Shown piece by piece: positions 1-13,149 of a stretch of DNA of 64,000 nt. Under the pieces are notes generated by a model, which had not been told where the DNA came from, ran no database searches, and saw nothing but the letters and a program-made list of their open reading frames with translations. The translations under genes and the position numbers were made by a program. This DNA is from Mobula hypostoma (Eukaryota), in the NCBI RefSeq assembly GCF_963921235.1, contig NC_086109.1, forward strand, positions 36,520,001 through 36,584,000. The letters are read 5' to 3'. Every line of letters begins with the position of its first letter. Position 1 is the first letter of the stretch.

Positions 1-445
1 CCACATCATCCATATGCCGGACTTCCACCTCCCTAAACCACTCCTGCTCGGCTAACTCAAGGATGCAAAGAGCACTCCTGGAGGGCAGAAAATCTGGTTC
101 AAGGACAATATCAAAACCCACCTGAGGAAGTGTCACATCAAGCTGAATGGATGGGAGAAATTAGAACAGGATAGGAAAAGCTGGAGAAGGACTGTCTATG
201 AGGGGTCTGCACAGCTCGAAGAATACCTCCACCATGCTGCTGAGACTAAGTGGCTTCAAACTAAGGAGAGACTTAGGCCCAACCAGCTACATCCACCACC
301 ACCTCAATGACCTACTCCTGCCAACAGTGCAATAGGAATTGTGGGACACAGATTGGTCTCTTCAGTCTTCTCAAGACACACAACTAACCAGATCAACCAC
401 CAGGAGAAGAATCTTGACTTGACTACGAGTGATCGCTGATGATTA
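1..445 (+). mobile_element. RTE-clade LINE, decayed 3' end
   Basis: Frame from base 2 reads HIIHMPDFHLPKPLLLG*LKDAKSTPGGQKIWFKDNIK...WEKLEQDRKSWRRTVYEG, then after a frameshift CQQCNRNCGTQIGLFSLLKTH (C-terminal Zn-finger-like motif typical of RTE ORF ends). Confidence 0.75.
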
Positions 446-1861
446 TAGAAACATAGAAACATAGAAAATAGGTGCAGGAGTAGGCCATTCGGCCCTTCGA
501 GCCTGCACCACCATTTATTATGATCATGGCTGATCATCCAACTCAGAACCCAGCCTTCCCTCCATACCCCCTGACCCCTGTAGCCACAAGGGTCATATCT
601 AACTTCCTTTTAAACATAGCTAATGAACTGGCCTCAACAGTTTGCTGTGGCAGAGAATTCCACAGATTCACCACTCTCTGTGTGAAGAAGTTTTTCCTAA
701 CCTCGGTCCTAAAAGGCTTCCCCTCTATCCTCAAACTGTGACCCCTCGTTCTAGACCTCCCCAACATCGGGAACAATCTTCCCGCATCTAGCCTGTCCAA
801 TCCCTTTAGAATCTTATATGTTTCAATCAGATCCCCCCTCAATCTTCTAAATTCCAACGAGTACAAGCCCAGTTCATCCAGTCTTTCTTCATATGAAAGA
901 CCTGCCATCCCAGGAATCAATCTGGTGAACCTTCTTTGTACTCCCTCTATGGCAAAGATGTCTTTCCTCAGATTAGGGGACCAAAACTGCACACAATACT
1001 CCAGGTGTGGTCTCACCAAGGCCTTGTACAACTGCAGTAGTACCTCCCTGCTCCTGTACTCGAATCCTCTCGCTATAAATGCCAGCATACCGTTCGCCTT
1101 TTTCACCGCCTGCTGTACCTGCATGCCCACTTTCAATGACTGGTGTATAATGACACCCAGGTCTCGTTGCACCTCCCCTTTTCCTAATCGGCCACCATTC
1201 AGATAATAATCTCTTTTCCTATTTTTGCCACCAAAGTGGATAACTTCACATTTATCCACTTTAAATTGCATCTGCCATGAGTTTGCCCACTCACCCAACC
1301 TATCCAAGTCACCCTGCATCCTCTTAGCATCCTCCTCACTGCTAACACTGCCACCCAGCTTCGTGTCATCCGCAAACTTGGAGATGCTGCATTTAATTCC
1401 CTCATCCAAGTCATTAATATATATTGTAAACAACTGGGGTCCCAGCACTGAGCCTTGCGGTACCCCACTAGTCACCGCCTGCCATTCTGAAAAGGTCCCG
1501 TTTATTCCCACTCTTTGCTTCCTGTCTGCTAACCAATTCTCCACCCACACCAATACCTTACCCCCAATACCGTGTGCTTTAAGTTTGCACACTAATCTCC
1601 TGTGTGGGACCTTGTCAAAAGCCTTTTGAAAATCCAAATATACCACATCCACTGGTTCTCCCCTATCCACTCTACTAGTTACATCCTCAAAAAATTCTAT
1701 GAGATTCGTCAGACATGATTTTCCTTTCACAAATCCATGCTGACTTTGTCCGATCATTTCACCGCTTTCCAAATGTGCTGTTATCACATCCTTGATAACT
1801 GACTCCAGCAGTTTCCCCACCACCGACGTTAGGCTAACCGGCCTATAATTCCCTGGTTTCT
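446..1861 (-). mobile_element. CR1 LINE (subfamily A), 5'-truncated, young
   Basis: (CATAGAAA)n tail at 446-468, CR1-type 3' UTR, uninterrupted RT frame; near-identical to copies at 51891-54450 and 63463-63968. Confidence 0.95.
543..1860 (-). CDS. CR1 ORF2 C-terminal part (reverse transcriptase), open frame but no native start
   Basis: [47 protein letters not shown] motifs; residues upstream of 1860 in the ORF track are flank read-through. Confidence 0.9.
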
Positions 1862-2836
1862 TTTTATTATTGTGCTCTTTATCATATTCTATTCGTTGTG
1901 CTGCAACAGACCAGAGTGACAATTATTTCATTTGTCTTTACACTTGAGTATTGGGAATGATATTCAGCAATCTTGAACCTTGAATTGAAAACAATCTTGA
2001 TGTCAGTTTTATTCCCCCAGAGCGATTTGATGACTATATCCCAGAACACTGCAGTATTGCAAAAAAAAACTATTTTCACTCAATGCATAACTTGCTACCT
2101 CTGATGTCAATCTTGAGTGTGGAGATAAAAATCCACCTATCTGAATGCCTCAATGTCTTATGAAGACTATGGGGCCAATAGTCATCGGACTCAAAAGGTA
2201 TAGAAAGAGCACGATGTAACATAAGTAATCAATGAAACTGAATTTTTGAGGCAGGGTACAACATACTCACAAGATTATAATTGAAAATAAATTTCAAGGA
2301 TTGTATATATTTTAATTGTTTTTTTAAAAATTATTTGGCCATCCACAGTTAGGCAAATATTATTCATCCCTAATTAAGACCATCTTTAATTGCCCTGGAG
2401 AAGATGGTAACATTTGATTAGCTGACCAAAATATTGCAGAGTTAACAACATAGGGAGGGGTTGGATTAGCTTAAAACAGTACAGCACAGGAACAACTGTT
2501 TCAGCCCATGAGGTCTGTGCTGATCATGTTGCTTAAATTAAACCCTTCTGTCTACACATGATACATCTCTCTCCATTCTCTGCCTGTTAATGTGCCTATT
2601 TAAGTGCTGCTTAAACACCTCTATTGTATCTGTTTCCACCACTACTCTTGATAATAGCAGCTACCATTCTCAACTTATCCTTTAAAAGCATCTCCCTTAA
2701 ATATTTCCTCCCTCACTTTAAATCTATGTACTTTAATATATTTGACTTAATATACATCGGGAAAAAAACTCTGACTACTTCCTTCTCTGTGCTTCTCATA
2801 ATTTTATAAAACTTCATCACGACTCCCTTCAGCTTA

Positions 2837-3178
2837 ATCCCATCATACTCGTCTAGGTCAGATAGACCTAGGCATGTTATCTTACGTTTTCATTACTTTC
2901 AAGACAAGGAGAGACTGTTTCGATTCGCTCGATCTAAAGGTTTCATTGATTTTTCGGATCTTAAGTTCCGATTCGTGGAAGATTTCAGTAAACCAATCTG
3001 GGACCAACGGGTCCGTTACAGATCCGTGATGTCGGAATTCTATAAGATGGATTTAAGACCAGCGCTGCTGTACCCTGCACGTCTAAGGATTCGCATGTTA
3101 GATGGAGCCCTTCGTTTTTTTGATTCTCTATCGGATGCCCAGAGTTATCTGGATCAACTTTCATCTTCAACATCTTAA
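2837..3178 (+). pseudogene. L1 ORF1 C-terminal fragment (RRM/CTD)
   Basis: Open frame IPSYSSRSDRPRHVILRFHYFQDKERL...EDFS...ALLYPARLRI...FFDS, matching vertebrate L1 ORF1p motifs. Confidence 0.85.
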
Positions 3179-3899
3179 TTGCCTTTTTTTAATTTTCTCC
3201 GTTGATCGGAGGCTGTGAATTGGTTGGTTTTAACTTTTCTGTGCCCTATTTGGGCAGAAAAGTTTACTTTCGATTTCTTAATATGGCTGCTAAACTTTCT
3301 TTTTAACTGCGTCATTTCTTTCTTTTCCCAGGGGATTCTGGGTGGTTACTTCCCTTTTGTCATCTTACGTATTTCCTGTGCGGCCTTAAATTTTGTAGTT
3401 TTTTTTTAAATTTTATTCTGTTTTGCTTTTTATAATCATTTTATGTTAATAATCCTATTTTTTTTGTTGCTGTGTCTATTCATGAGTTTGAGGTTTATTG
3501 TGGTTTTTTTTTAATATATACTTTCCGGCTTTTGTTCTGTTCTGTGTGTATTTTAATTGAGCTAACTTTTTTTTACTTATTTTTTTACTGTTTTACAATT
3601 AGCTGATCCTTTTCATATTTATACCTTTTTTTTAGGGAGCGTATACCGGAAGTCATGGGGGTAGTTTTAGCGCTTGCTTCTTTCTGGCGGGTCTGCTTTA
3701 GATTTCGCCTTGGGGTCTTGGGGTGGGGGGTGGTGGGAGGGGCTTCACGTTTTAGTTTGTTTCTCTTTGGGCTATATACATTATTGAAGTATTGGTTGCG
3801 TCCTTTTCCCTGGTATCTTTTGTATGTTCTGTTTCCTCTCCGGGTTTGTGGGTCGCGCCTATTGTCAATCCTCCTTGTTATGGGTTGACTTTAGGATTT

Positions 3900-6800
3900 A
3901 TGGAGTCTATTATTAATTTTGTCTCCTGGAATACTAATGGTCTTAATCATCCTATTAAAAGGAAAAAAGTTTTTAAAGTGTTCCGGAGACTTTAAAGCAC
4001 AAATTTTATTTTTACAAGAGACCCATGTACGGAGGGGGGACAGACTACGTTTTTTCAAATTCTGGAAGGGACAACAATTTCATTCGAACTCCAATGCTAA
4101 GATTCGAGGTGTCTCTATTTTTATAGACTCCTCAGTTACTTTTATACAACAGGATATTATCTCTGATCCGAATGGTAGATTTTTATTGGTTAGTGGTTTA
4201 CTATTTAATAAAAAAGTAGTTTTGGTTAATGTTTATGCTCCTAATATGGATTGTCCGGAATTTTATAAATCATTGTTTGATCAGTTTCCGAATTTGAACG
4301 AGTTTTCATTGATTTGGGGCGGAGATCTTAATACCTGTTTATCTCCAGCTTTGGACCGTTCGGCTCCTTTACGGACTTCACCTAATAAATCTGCAAATTT
4401 GATTAATTTTTTCCTTTCTGATTCTGGGTCGACGGACATTTGGCGTTTTCTGCATCCTCAGGAAAAAGATTTTTCCTTTTTTTCACATGTTCATCATTCC
4501 TATTCAAGAATTGATTATTTTTTCATTGATTCTCGTCTCATTTCTTCAGTGATTAAATGTGATTATGATTCTATAACCATTTCGGATCATGCTCCACTTA
4601 AGCTTTCTATTAAAATTATGGCCAATATACCAAACAATAGACAATGGCGTTTTAATTCGCTGTTGCTTCAGGACTCGGACTTTGTTAATTTTATGAATGA
4701 ACAGATTGAGCTTTTTTTTACAATTAACCATACAGAAGATATTTCGGTTAACACTCTTTGGGACACTTTTAAAGCCTATATTCGGGGTCAGATTATTTCG
4801 TATTCCGTTGCTTTGAGGAAGAAACAGAAGCAGGAGGAGATGGCAATTGTGGACAAGATTAAAGAAATTGATAAGAAATATGTTATGGCTCCTTCTGAGG
4901 AGCTATACAAACAAAGAACTGAACTTCAAATGGAACACAGTTTACTACTCTCGTCCTCGATTGTAAACCAATTAAAGAAAACAAGAAGTGATTTTTATGT
5001 TCACAGTGATAAAATTGGCAAGCTGCTGGCTAATCAATTGAAATCTAATTATGTTAAATCTCAAATCAATCAGATTTATAACCAAAATGATCGATTGATA
5101 TTGGATCATGTGGGGATTAATCAAACCTTTTGTGATTTTTATTCTTCTTTATATCAATCAGAGTCTCCTCGAGATTCTAAATATATGAATGATTTTTTAG
5201 ATAAGTTAGACTTCCCTCAGATTTCACAGGATATGTCTTCTTTATTAGATACTTCCATTACAATGGATGAGATTAAGAATGTTATTTTTTCTATGAATCT
5301 GGGGAAAGCTCCTGGCCCTGATGGGTTTACCGTTGAATTTTATAAATGTTTTGCTTCTTTATTGATTCCTTGGCTCTATAAGGTTTTTGAGGCTTCTTTG
5401 AAACTTGGTAAACTTCCGGAATCTTTTAATAGAGCATCAATTTCTTTAATACTAAAGAAGGATAAAGACCCTGCTCAATGTGCATCTTATAGACCAATAT
5501 CTTTATTAAATGTTGATTCTAAAGTTTTTTCTAAGTTATTAGCAAATAGACTAGAAAAAGTACTTCCTTCTATTATTTCGGAAGACCAAACGGGTTTTAT
5601 TAAAGGTCGTTACTCTTTTTATAATATTCGTACATTGTTAAATATCGTTTATACTCCCTCACAAAATGTTCCTGAGTGTGTTATTTCTTTAGATGCCGAG
5701 AAAGCTTTTGATAGAGTAGAATGGCCTTATTTATTTAAGGTGCTTGAAATGTTTAATTTTAGCTTGAAATTTATATCCTGGATTAAACTGTTATATCACT
5801 CCCCTGTAGCCTCGGTTCGTACTAACTCCTTAAACTCACCTTTTTTTCCTCTCTTTCGTGGTACTCGACAAGGCTGTCCTCTTAGTCCCCTATTATTTGA
5901 TATTGCATTAGAACCTCTTGCAATTGCTATTCGAGAATCTTCAAATATTACTGGGATAACTCGGGGATTAAAGTCCCATAAATTATCACTCTATGCTGAT
6001 GATTTACTTTTATATATTTCTAATCCTGAGAGATCCATTCCTGCTGTTTTAGAGTTATTAGCACAATTTGGTCTTTTCTCAGGTTATAAATTAAATCTTA
6101 GTAAGAGTGAACTTTTTCCGATTAATAAACATCTTCCCTTATATTATAAATTTCCATTTAAATTGATTAATAATTACTTTTCATATCTTGGGATTAAAAT
6201 TACTTGTAAACATAAAGATTTATTTAAGACTAACTTTTTACCATTAATAGACCATATTACTCAACTTTCATCTAAATGGTTTCCCTTATATTTAACTTTG
6301 ATTGGTCGTATTAATGCAGTTAAGATGTTTTTTTTGCCAAAATTTTTATATGTGTTTCAGGCATTACCAATTTTCGTTCCTAAATCTTTTTTTGATAAAG
6401 TTGACTCTAAAATTTCTTCATTTATTTGGCAGAATAAGAATCCGAGACTGGGTAAAATACATTTACAGAAAGCTAAGAGAGATGGAGGTTTAGCATTACC
6501 TAACTTTAGATTTTATTATTGGGCTATTAATATTCGACATATGAAATTTTGGTTACTTGACCGGGACATACTATCTATTCCTAAATGGGTAGCATTGGAA
6601 TTACAATCTGTTCAGGGTTATACACTTGGTTCTATTTTAGGTTCCTCTCTTCCTTTTGATTCGAAACGCCTTAAGCAGGTCTCTAACCCGATAGTTAAAT
6701 ATGCTTTGCGCATTTGGTTTCAATTCAGAAAATTTTTTGATCTTAATCAATTCGGGTTAGCGATTCCTATTTTAGGTAACATATTTTTTCCTCCCTCTTT

Positions 6801-7677
6801 TACGGATCGCGCTTTTCAAACTTGGAAGACTAAGGGTATTTTACGGTTTTTGGATTTATTTTTAGATGGTTCCCTTATGTCTTTTGAACAATTATCTAAT
6901 AAATATAACTTATCAAGAATACATTTTTTTAGATATTTACAAGTTAGAAATTTCCTAAGTACTATACTTTCTTCCTTTCCAATGCTTCCTCCTATATATA
7001 TTTTAGATTCGATAATTAACCTTAATCCATGTCAGAAAGGTGCATCGGCTATGATTTATAATATTATTATGAAACTTAGGAAAGCTCCATTTGATAAGAT
7101 TAGGGTAGATTGGGAACAGGAATTGGGGCTTACCATTTCTGTGGATGATTGGGGGCAGATTTTACAATTAGTTAATACTTCCTCTATTTGTGCTAAACAT
7201 TCCCTAATTCAATTTAAAGTGGTTCATAGAGCACATATGTCCAAAGATAAGTTAGCGCGTTTTTACTCGCATATTAATCCTTTCTGTGATAGATGTTCGG
7301 GGCAGATAGCCTCTTTAACTCATATGTTTTGGTCTTGCCCTACTTTGGAAACTTTTTGGAGAGATATTTTCAATATTATTTCTAAGGTATTAAATATAGA
7401 TATCTCTCCTCACCCTATTACTGCTATCTTTGGACTACCTAAAATTTCTAGTAATCTTTCCCCTTCAGCCCGTAGAATGATTGCATTTCTTACTTTAATG
7501 GCGAAAAGATGTATTTTACAACATTGGAAAGAGCTTAATGCTCCAACTACCTTTTTTTGGTTTTCTCAGACGATTTTATGTTTGAATCTGGAGAAAATTA
7601 GAAGTAATCTTTATGATTCTTCATTTAAATTTGAACAGATTTGGGGACCTTTTATTCGATATTTTCATTTAATGTAA
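3900..7677 (+). pseudogene. L1 ORF2 (APE endonuclease + RT + CCHC), one frameshift at ~3991-3993
   Basis: ATG 3900 MESIINFVSWNTNGLN...; continues in the other frame with FLQETH, GGDLN, SRIDYFF, SDHAP, KAPGPDG, YRPISLLN, LDAEKAFD, GTRQGCPLSP, YADD, CDRC...HMFWSC. Confidence 0.95.
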
Positions 7678-8555
7678 TATTTACCCTTCTTGTTTTTTTT
7701 TCACTGTTTTAATGGAGGTCGGGATTGAGGACGTGATTTTAAGTTTAACTCTGTTTGGTTTCAAGTTAGCCCATTGCTTTGCTTTGCTTTTAGTTAGTTG
7801 CACGGTGGGTTTTTTTTTTTGGGGTTTTTTTTTCTTTTTTTTCCATTGATATATATAAAATCTAGTATACTATTATGTTATCTTGCTTTCTTATGCTTAA
7901 ATTACATTGTTTGTAGTATTTTCTTTTTGGTATTGTTATCTTTCGGAATTTTATTATACTTTAACATTGTATTAATGTTTATATGGCTTACCTTTTTTGT
8001 ATACTTACTCAATAAAAAGATTTAAAAAGAAAGAAAAAAAAGAAAGACTCCCTTCAGCTTGCCGTGAAAATAAGTTCTCTTTACAGTTTAATATTCTCTA
8101 ATGGCTGCATGCTGATGAAAATCTTCTGCACCCTTTCAAAGCCTTTTTATCCTTCTTGTAATGAGGCAATCAGAATTGCACATAATACTCCAAATGCAGC
8201 CGAATCAAAGATTTATACAACTGTACTATGTCATCCTGATTACAATATACAAAAGAAAGAAAATGGAAGGCTTTAATTTAGATACAGGAGCAACAGAACT
8301 GCTGAATCAGTATAGAAGTGTATGATCTTCCCACTGAATCTTTAATGTATTTCAGAGAAGTATCCAAGGAGGGATTTGAAGGCTTTAAAGTAGAATAACC
8401 TTCTCTCTCTAATTGCTTCCGATGAAGGCAATCAGAGAGTTATGGACTTGGATTCCAAAATAAAAGTCTCAAGGATGTCAGCTAAGGATGTCATATTTCT
8501 TCTTCTGGAGAGCACCGGATAGATTTGTTACAACCATAACCATAACTATGTCTTA

Positions 8556-9305
8556 AACCATAAGACATAGGAGCAGAATTGGGCCTCAGCTCATCAGGTC
8601 TGCTCGTATCTTTCCTGTAATATCATGAGTTCTTATCTTGCTTAGCAACCTCATGCACAGCACCTTATTAAAGATCTTCTGAAAATCCAAGTAAACGACA
8701 TCCACTGACCCTCCTTTGTCTATCCTGTCTATTATTTCCTCAAAGAATTCCAAGAGATTGGTCAGGCAATATTTCCCCTTAAGGAATCCATGCTAACTTT
8801 GGCCTATTTTATCAAATGCCTCCAAGTACCACAAAACTTCATCCTTAATTATGGCCTCCAATATCTTCTTAACCACTGAAGTCAGGCAAATTTTCCAATA
8901 AATTCCTTTCCTTTGACTTCCTCCCATCTTAAAGAATGGAGTGAGATTTGCAGTTTTTCAGTTCTCTGGAAGTATTCCAGAATCCAGTAATTCTTGAAAT
9001 ATAACTATTAATGCCTCAACAATCTGTTCAGCTATATCTTTCAGAACTCAGGGCTGCAGTCCTTCTAGTCCAAGTGAATAATGTACCTTCAGACCTTTCA
9101 GCTTCCCACGCACTTTCTTAGTAATAGCAACTACACTCACTTCTGCTGCCTGCCACTCTTAAATACCTGGCATTCTGCTACTGTCTTCCACTGTGAAGCC
9201 TGATGTAAAATACTTATTAAGTTCATTCAACATTTCTTTGTTTCACATTGCAACCTCTCCAGCATCATTTCCCAGCAGCCCAATATCCACACTTGCCCGT
9301 CTTTT
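8556..9305 (-). mobile_element. Old CR1 fragment with internal deletion
   Basis: CR1-like tail (accataagacataggagcagaatt) joined directly to minus-strand VDVVYLDFQK-like RT sequence at ~8670-8710. Confidence 0.7.
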
Positions 9306-10364
9306 ACTGGTTCAGTGATGTTAATGGGTAATGTTACTAGAAGTGTTATTGCAATTCTAGATTATTAACTGCATTTAAATTCCACAGCTGCCATGTTGGG
9401 TCTGAGGTCTTTAGACAATTAATCCTGGAGTCTGGATTAATAATAAGACCAAACCACTGAAACAACCTACATTCAGTAAAATTGCTAAAACTATGGGTAA
9501 TAAGAAACACAATATTGCATCTTATTGAAATATATATATCTGCAGTTCTTCCTTTGTACCTGCATGTATGAAATGTACTGTACCTAGATCATAAAATTTT
9601 GCCTAACTTATCAAATCACTTAACATAGTGAGTGAAAATTCTTAAATTCTTAAAACATTTAGAAAAGGACAGAAATGTCTTGGTAGAACATCTTATTTAA
9701 AAAATTAACTTTAATATACAGATGAAAAAGTGGGAAATGTTGTCTATGTATTTGGAGAGCATTCTGATCTGCTAAAAAGAAGTTTCTATTCTTTTGAATG
9801 GTTGAATCACTCTGAAGTAATTTCATAGAACAGCCTGAGGTGGATTGCAGTTATTTAAAGTCATAAATATAATAGACAGTTCATAGAATGTGAATTTCAG
9901 AGAACATTAATGCAACCTTTAAAGCAAAAGAAGACCTGGAAGGAAAACAGATGATGTGTAACACCTGATGGTCATATAATGAAAGCCTTCAGAGTAAATC
10001 TCCTTGTCCATTATCTCCACTGACCAAGGATAACTTTCTAGGCAAGGGTATTAGTGGATCGTCATACCTATGCAATGAGTTGGAAGTAGTCAGCAAAAGC
10101 AAAGCATCAATTTATTCAGCTATAGAGTTTGCTCATGAAGAATATTATAGCAATCAGTTGGCAAAACCATCTCAAAAGTTTTCTCTAAACAATAGCTATA
10201 AAAATCTAATGGTCAAAGGCTGTAGAAAAATCTTATAAAATTATAGCCAGGAAATAGGGTGTATTTGGCCTTCTTTTGTGTTATTCTTTTCAATAACATT
10301 TTTTTCCTGTGAAGAACACAATCTCAACAAATTCTGGATCAAACTATTTTCTCTTTTCAGATTA

Positions 10365-10643
10365 TTTTTTATTTATTGTGCTATAAGTCCTTCCAGACCC
10401 TTGAGCCGCACCACCCGGCAACCCCAGATTTAACCCTAGCCTAATCATCGGACAGCTTACAATGACCAATCAATTTACCAACTGGTATATCTTAGGACTG
10501 TGGGAAGAAACCAGAGCACCTGGAAGAAACCCATGCGATCATGGGGAGAACATGCAAGCTCCTTACAGACAGGAATGAGCATTGAACCCTGGTCGCTGGT
10601 ACTGTAAAGCACTGTGCTAACCACTATGCTACCATGTTGCCCC
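10365..10643 (-). mobile_element. tRNA-derived V-SINE (HE1-like)
   Basis: Minus strand begins gggcaacatggtagcatagtggttagc (A box)...gggttcaatgc (B box), then V-domain gggtttcttccaggtgctctggtttcttcccacagtcc and an A-rich end. Confidence 0.85.
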
Positions 10644-10993
10644 TGGAAATTTGACCAGATAGATACATTCATCTTTCAGCCATGCAGATTAATAAGCATC
10701 AATGATGTAATTTGTTGTGAAAAGTAATGGCTAAGAATGTTTTTTATTGCCATTGGAGCAACTTGGGGCCCCTTTGAGGCTTCAATAACCATAATGGGAC
10801 CCTGTTCAGCTATGTTTTACGATTCATCTCGTTCTTTTGAGCTCCATGGTTACTGATAAAACCCTCAACCCACTTCTCATCACAAATCTTGAACTCAATT
10901 GAGTCAGGTATTGACTTGGCCACCCCATCTCCTCTACCCTCCAAATGCACAACTACCATCTTGCCTTGTCTCTGACCCGCTCCACTTCCCTCC

Positions 10994-11233
10994 TGTGGTA
11001 ACTTCTACTTTGAAAAAGGACCACTCGACAATTTCATGCCCAAAAGAATGACTTTATCTAAACGGCAAAACCAATATTTTTATACAGAGGCTTTCACAAC
11101 CCGTACGGCATGGCAGGAACACTATATACAAAGCACACCGGAAGTAAAAAGTACGGAAGTCACCCCCCCCACCCCTCCGCCACATTATCCTAATTAGTAT
11201 TAACTTACTTTTAATAATGCTCACATTACAACA
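10994..11233 (-). repeat. 3' LTR of deleted Gypsy
   Basis: Direct repeat of 13150-13386, adjacent to the polypurine tract. Confidence 0.95.
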
Positions 11234-11448
11234 CTTCTCCCTCTTTAAAATCCAACATTCCCCAAATGTAAAAAAACTAGGAAATAAAAACAGTGGTGTT
11301 ATTAACTCGTGTACCCCTGAAAACTTATACTAGTATCTCGGCAACAGTTTACCAATACAAAACGTCTGGAAAACATGACAGATTCAACATTCAATCTAAC
11401 AACAACAAAAAAAAACCTGCCTGTCAAAGATTCAGTCTGTCAGGAGGT

Positions 11449-13130
11449 TTACGAGTGTGCTGTGATCTGCGCACTACCCCCCAGTGACCCAGCAGGCACA
11501 GCTGGTGATGGTGTTTTGGGTGGGTCTGGTGTTGGGAGTATGACAGGGGATTGTGTGTCTGTGTGAGAATGTCCATTCTCCTCAGGCGACCTCGACCCCT
11601 CTGCCAGCGTCTCATCCTCTGGCAAAGTCACTGGTGGACATGTTTCCACTGTAGTCTGTTTCACCAATGGAAACTCCATGGAACTATCTGCCTCTGAGCC
11701 GGTATCATGGCGCAGGTGCTCATGGTCCTGATGTCTGCGGAAAACAGTCAGCTTAACAACATAGGAGAAGGGACCACTCTGCTTAAGAATAACCCCAGGC
11801 AGCCATTGCTGATTGTTTCTCACATAGACATTGTCATCCGGTTTTAACTGCCTCTCTCGCGCTTGTTGATCGTGTCCCTCCTTCTGCTTTTCCTGCTTTC
11901 TCTCCACTTTTGCCTTCATGTCCGGGCGCAGCAGGTCCAATCCAGACTTGGGCCTATGCCCCATCGGCATCTCTGCTGGAATGCGGGCAATTACAATCTG
12001 TGGCGTGAGGTGGTATTTAAACAGGAAACGTGAAAGCCGAATGCTAAGAGATTCCCCTGTCATCCACTTCAGGCCTTCCTTCACTGTCTGAACAGCCCGC
12101 TCAGCCAAACCATTGGAGGCTGGGTGGAAAGGGGCCGTCCGAATGTGATGAATGCCATTCTGCTGCATGAACTCACTGAACAGTTCACTGGTGAACGTCG
12201 GGCCATTATCAGTGACCAGAGTGTCAGGCAACCCGTGGACTGCAAACACTTGCCTGAGTTTGTCTATGGTTGAGGGGGCTGTGGTGTTGCTCATGATGTG
12301 AGCTTCAATCCATTTAGAATGAGCATCTACCATTACAAGAAACATCTGTCCCATAAAAGGGCCAGCAAAGTTCAAATGTAGCCTAGACCAGGGGTGGTCT
12401 GGCCATTCCCATGGGTGTAAAGGAGTTAGTGGTGGTATATTCTGATTAGTCTGACATTGCATGCATGATTTTACCTTGTTCTCCAGATCCTGATCCATTC
12501 CTGGCCACCAAACGTAGGGTCTTGCAAGGCTTTTCATTGAGACATTCCTGGGTGAGCCTCATGAATTTCCTCCACAATCTGTGAATGGCCAGGGGGAGGC
12601 ACAATGACCCTCGCCCCCCCCCCCGCCCCCAGAAAATGCAGCCATCCTGCAGACTAAGTTCTGTCTTGCGTTTGGCATAAGGCCTCAGTTCCTCTCCTTC
12701 CATGACTCTGGGCCAACCTTGTAAAAGAAAATTCTTGACTTGGGACAGGACTGGGTCCCTCTCTGTCCACTGCTTGATCTGAGTCGCCTTTACAGGTGTC
12801 TCTGACAGCCTCTCCAACGAAAACATAGTCTCTGGAGGCACATATGTAGCATCAGGTGTCTCAGGTAAAGGTAGCCAACTCAGTGCATCAGCATTTGCAT
12901 TAACCCCACCTTCTCTGTACACTATAGTATACTGGTAGGTTGACAATGTAAGAGCCCAACGCTGTATCCTGGCTAAGGCTAGCGATGGGATGCATCTAGT
13001 CTCACTGAACAGGCGCATCAGTGGTTTATGGTCCATATAAATTGTAAATATGCGTCCATAAAGGTACCGATGAAGACATTTGACCGCAAAAGCAATGGCC
13101 AGACCTTCTTTGTCTAGCTGTGAATATCCC
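11449..13130 (-). pseudogene. Gypsy pol fragment: RNaseH C-terminal part + integrase
   Basis: YSQLDKEGLAI, DHKPL, NADALS (RNaseH); YVWWPG, CMQC, HLNFAGP, TDNGPTF, SNGLAERAV (integrase); frameshifts near the C-run at ~12615-12629. Confidence 0.92.
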
Positions 13131-13149
13131 ACCCTTGTCGCCAAAAATA

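Larger units (their letters stand above)
2836..8045 (+). mobile_element. L1-clade LINE, 5'-truncated within ORF1
   Basis: Perfect 15-bp TSD gactcccttcagctt (2821-2835 and 8046-8060); AATAAA at 8011 followed by an A-rich tail; ORF1 C-terminus, spacer and ORF2 present. Confidence 0.96.
2474..8235 (-). mobile_element. Old CR1 3' fragment split by the L1 insertion (parts ~2474-2835 and ~8046-8235)
   Basis: CR1-like 3' end (aacagtacagcacagg...cagcccatgag) before the L1 and CR1 RT-tail-like sequence (cagaattgcacataatactcca) after it; the two parts join across the TSD. Confidence 0.6.

Noticed and set aside
925..1629. Plus-strand ORFs over CR1 (also 19573-20713 and 53310-53968)
   Set aside because: Antisense shadows of the CR1 RT frame.
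3919..3995. ORF-track start MSPGILMVLII... for the 1252-aa ORF
   Set aside because: Artefact of the frameshift; the real endonuclease N-terminus (SWNTNGLN) starts at ATG 3900 in another frame.
10600..10643. tRNA gene
   Set aside because: The A/B boxes belong to a SINE head; there is no full cloverleaf.
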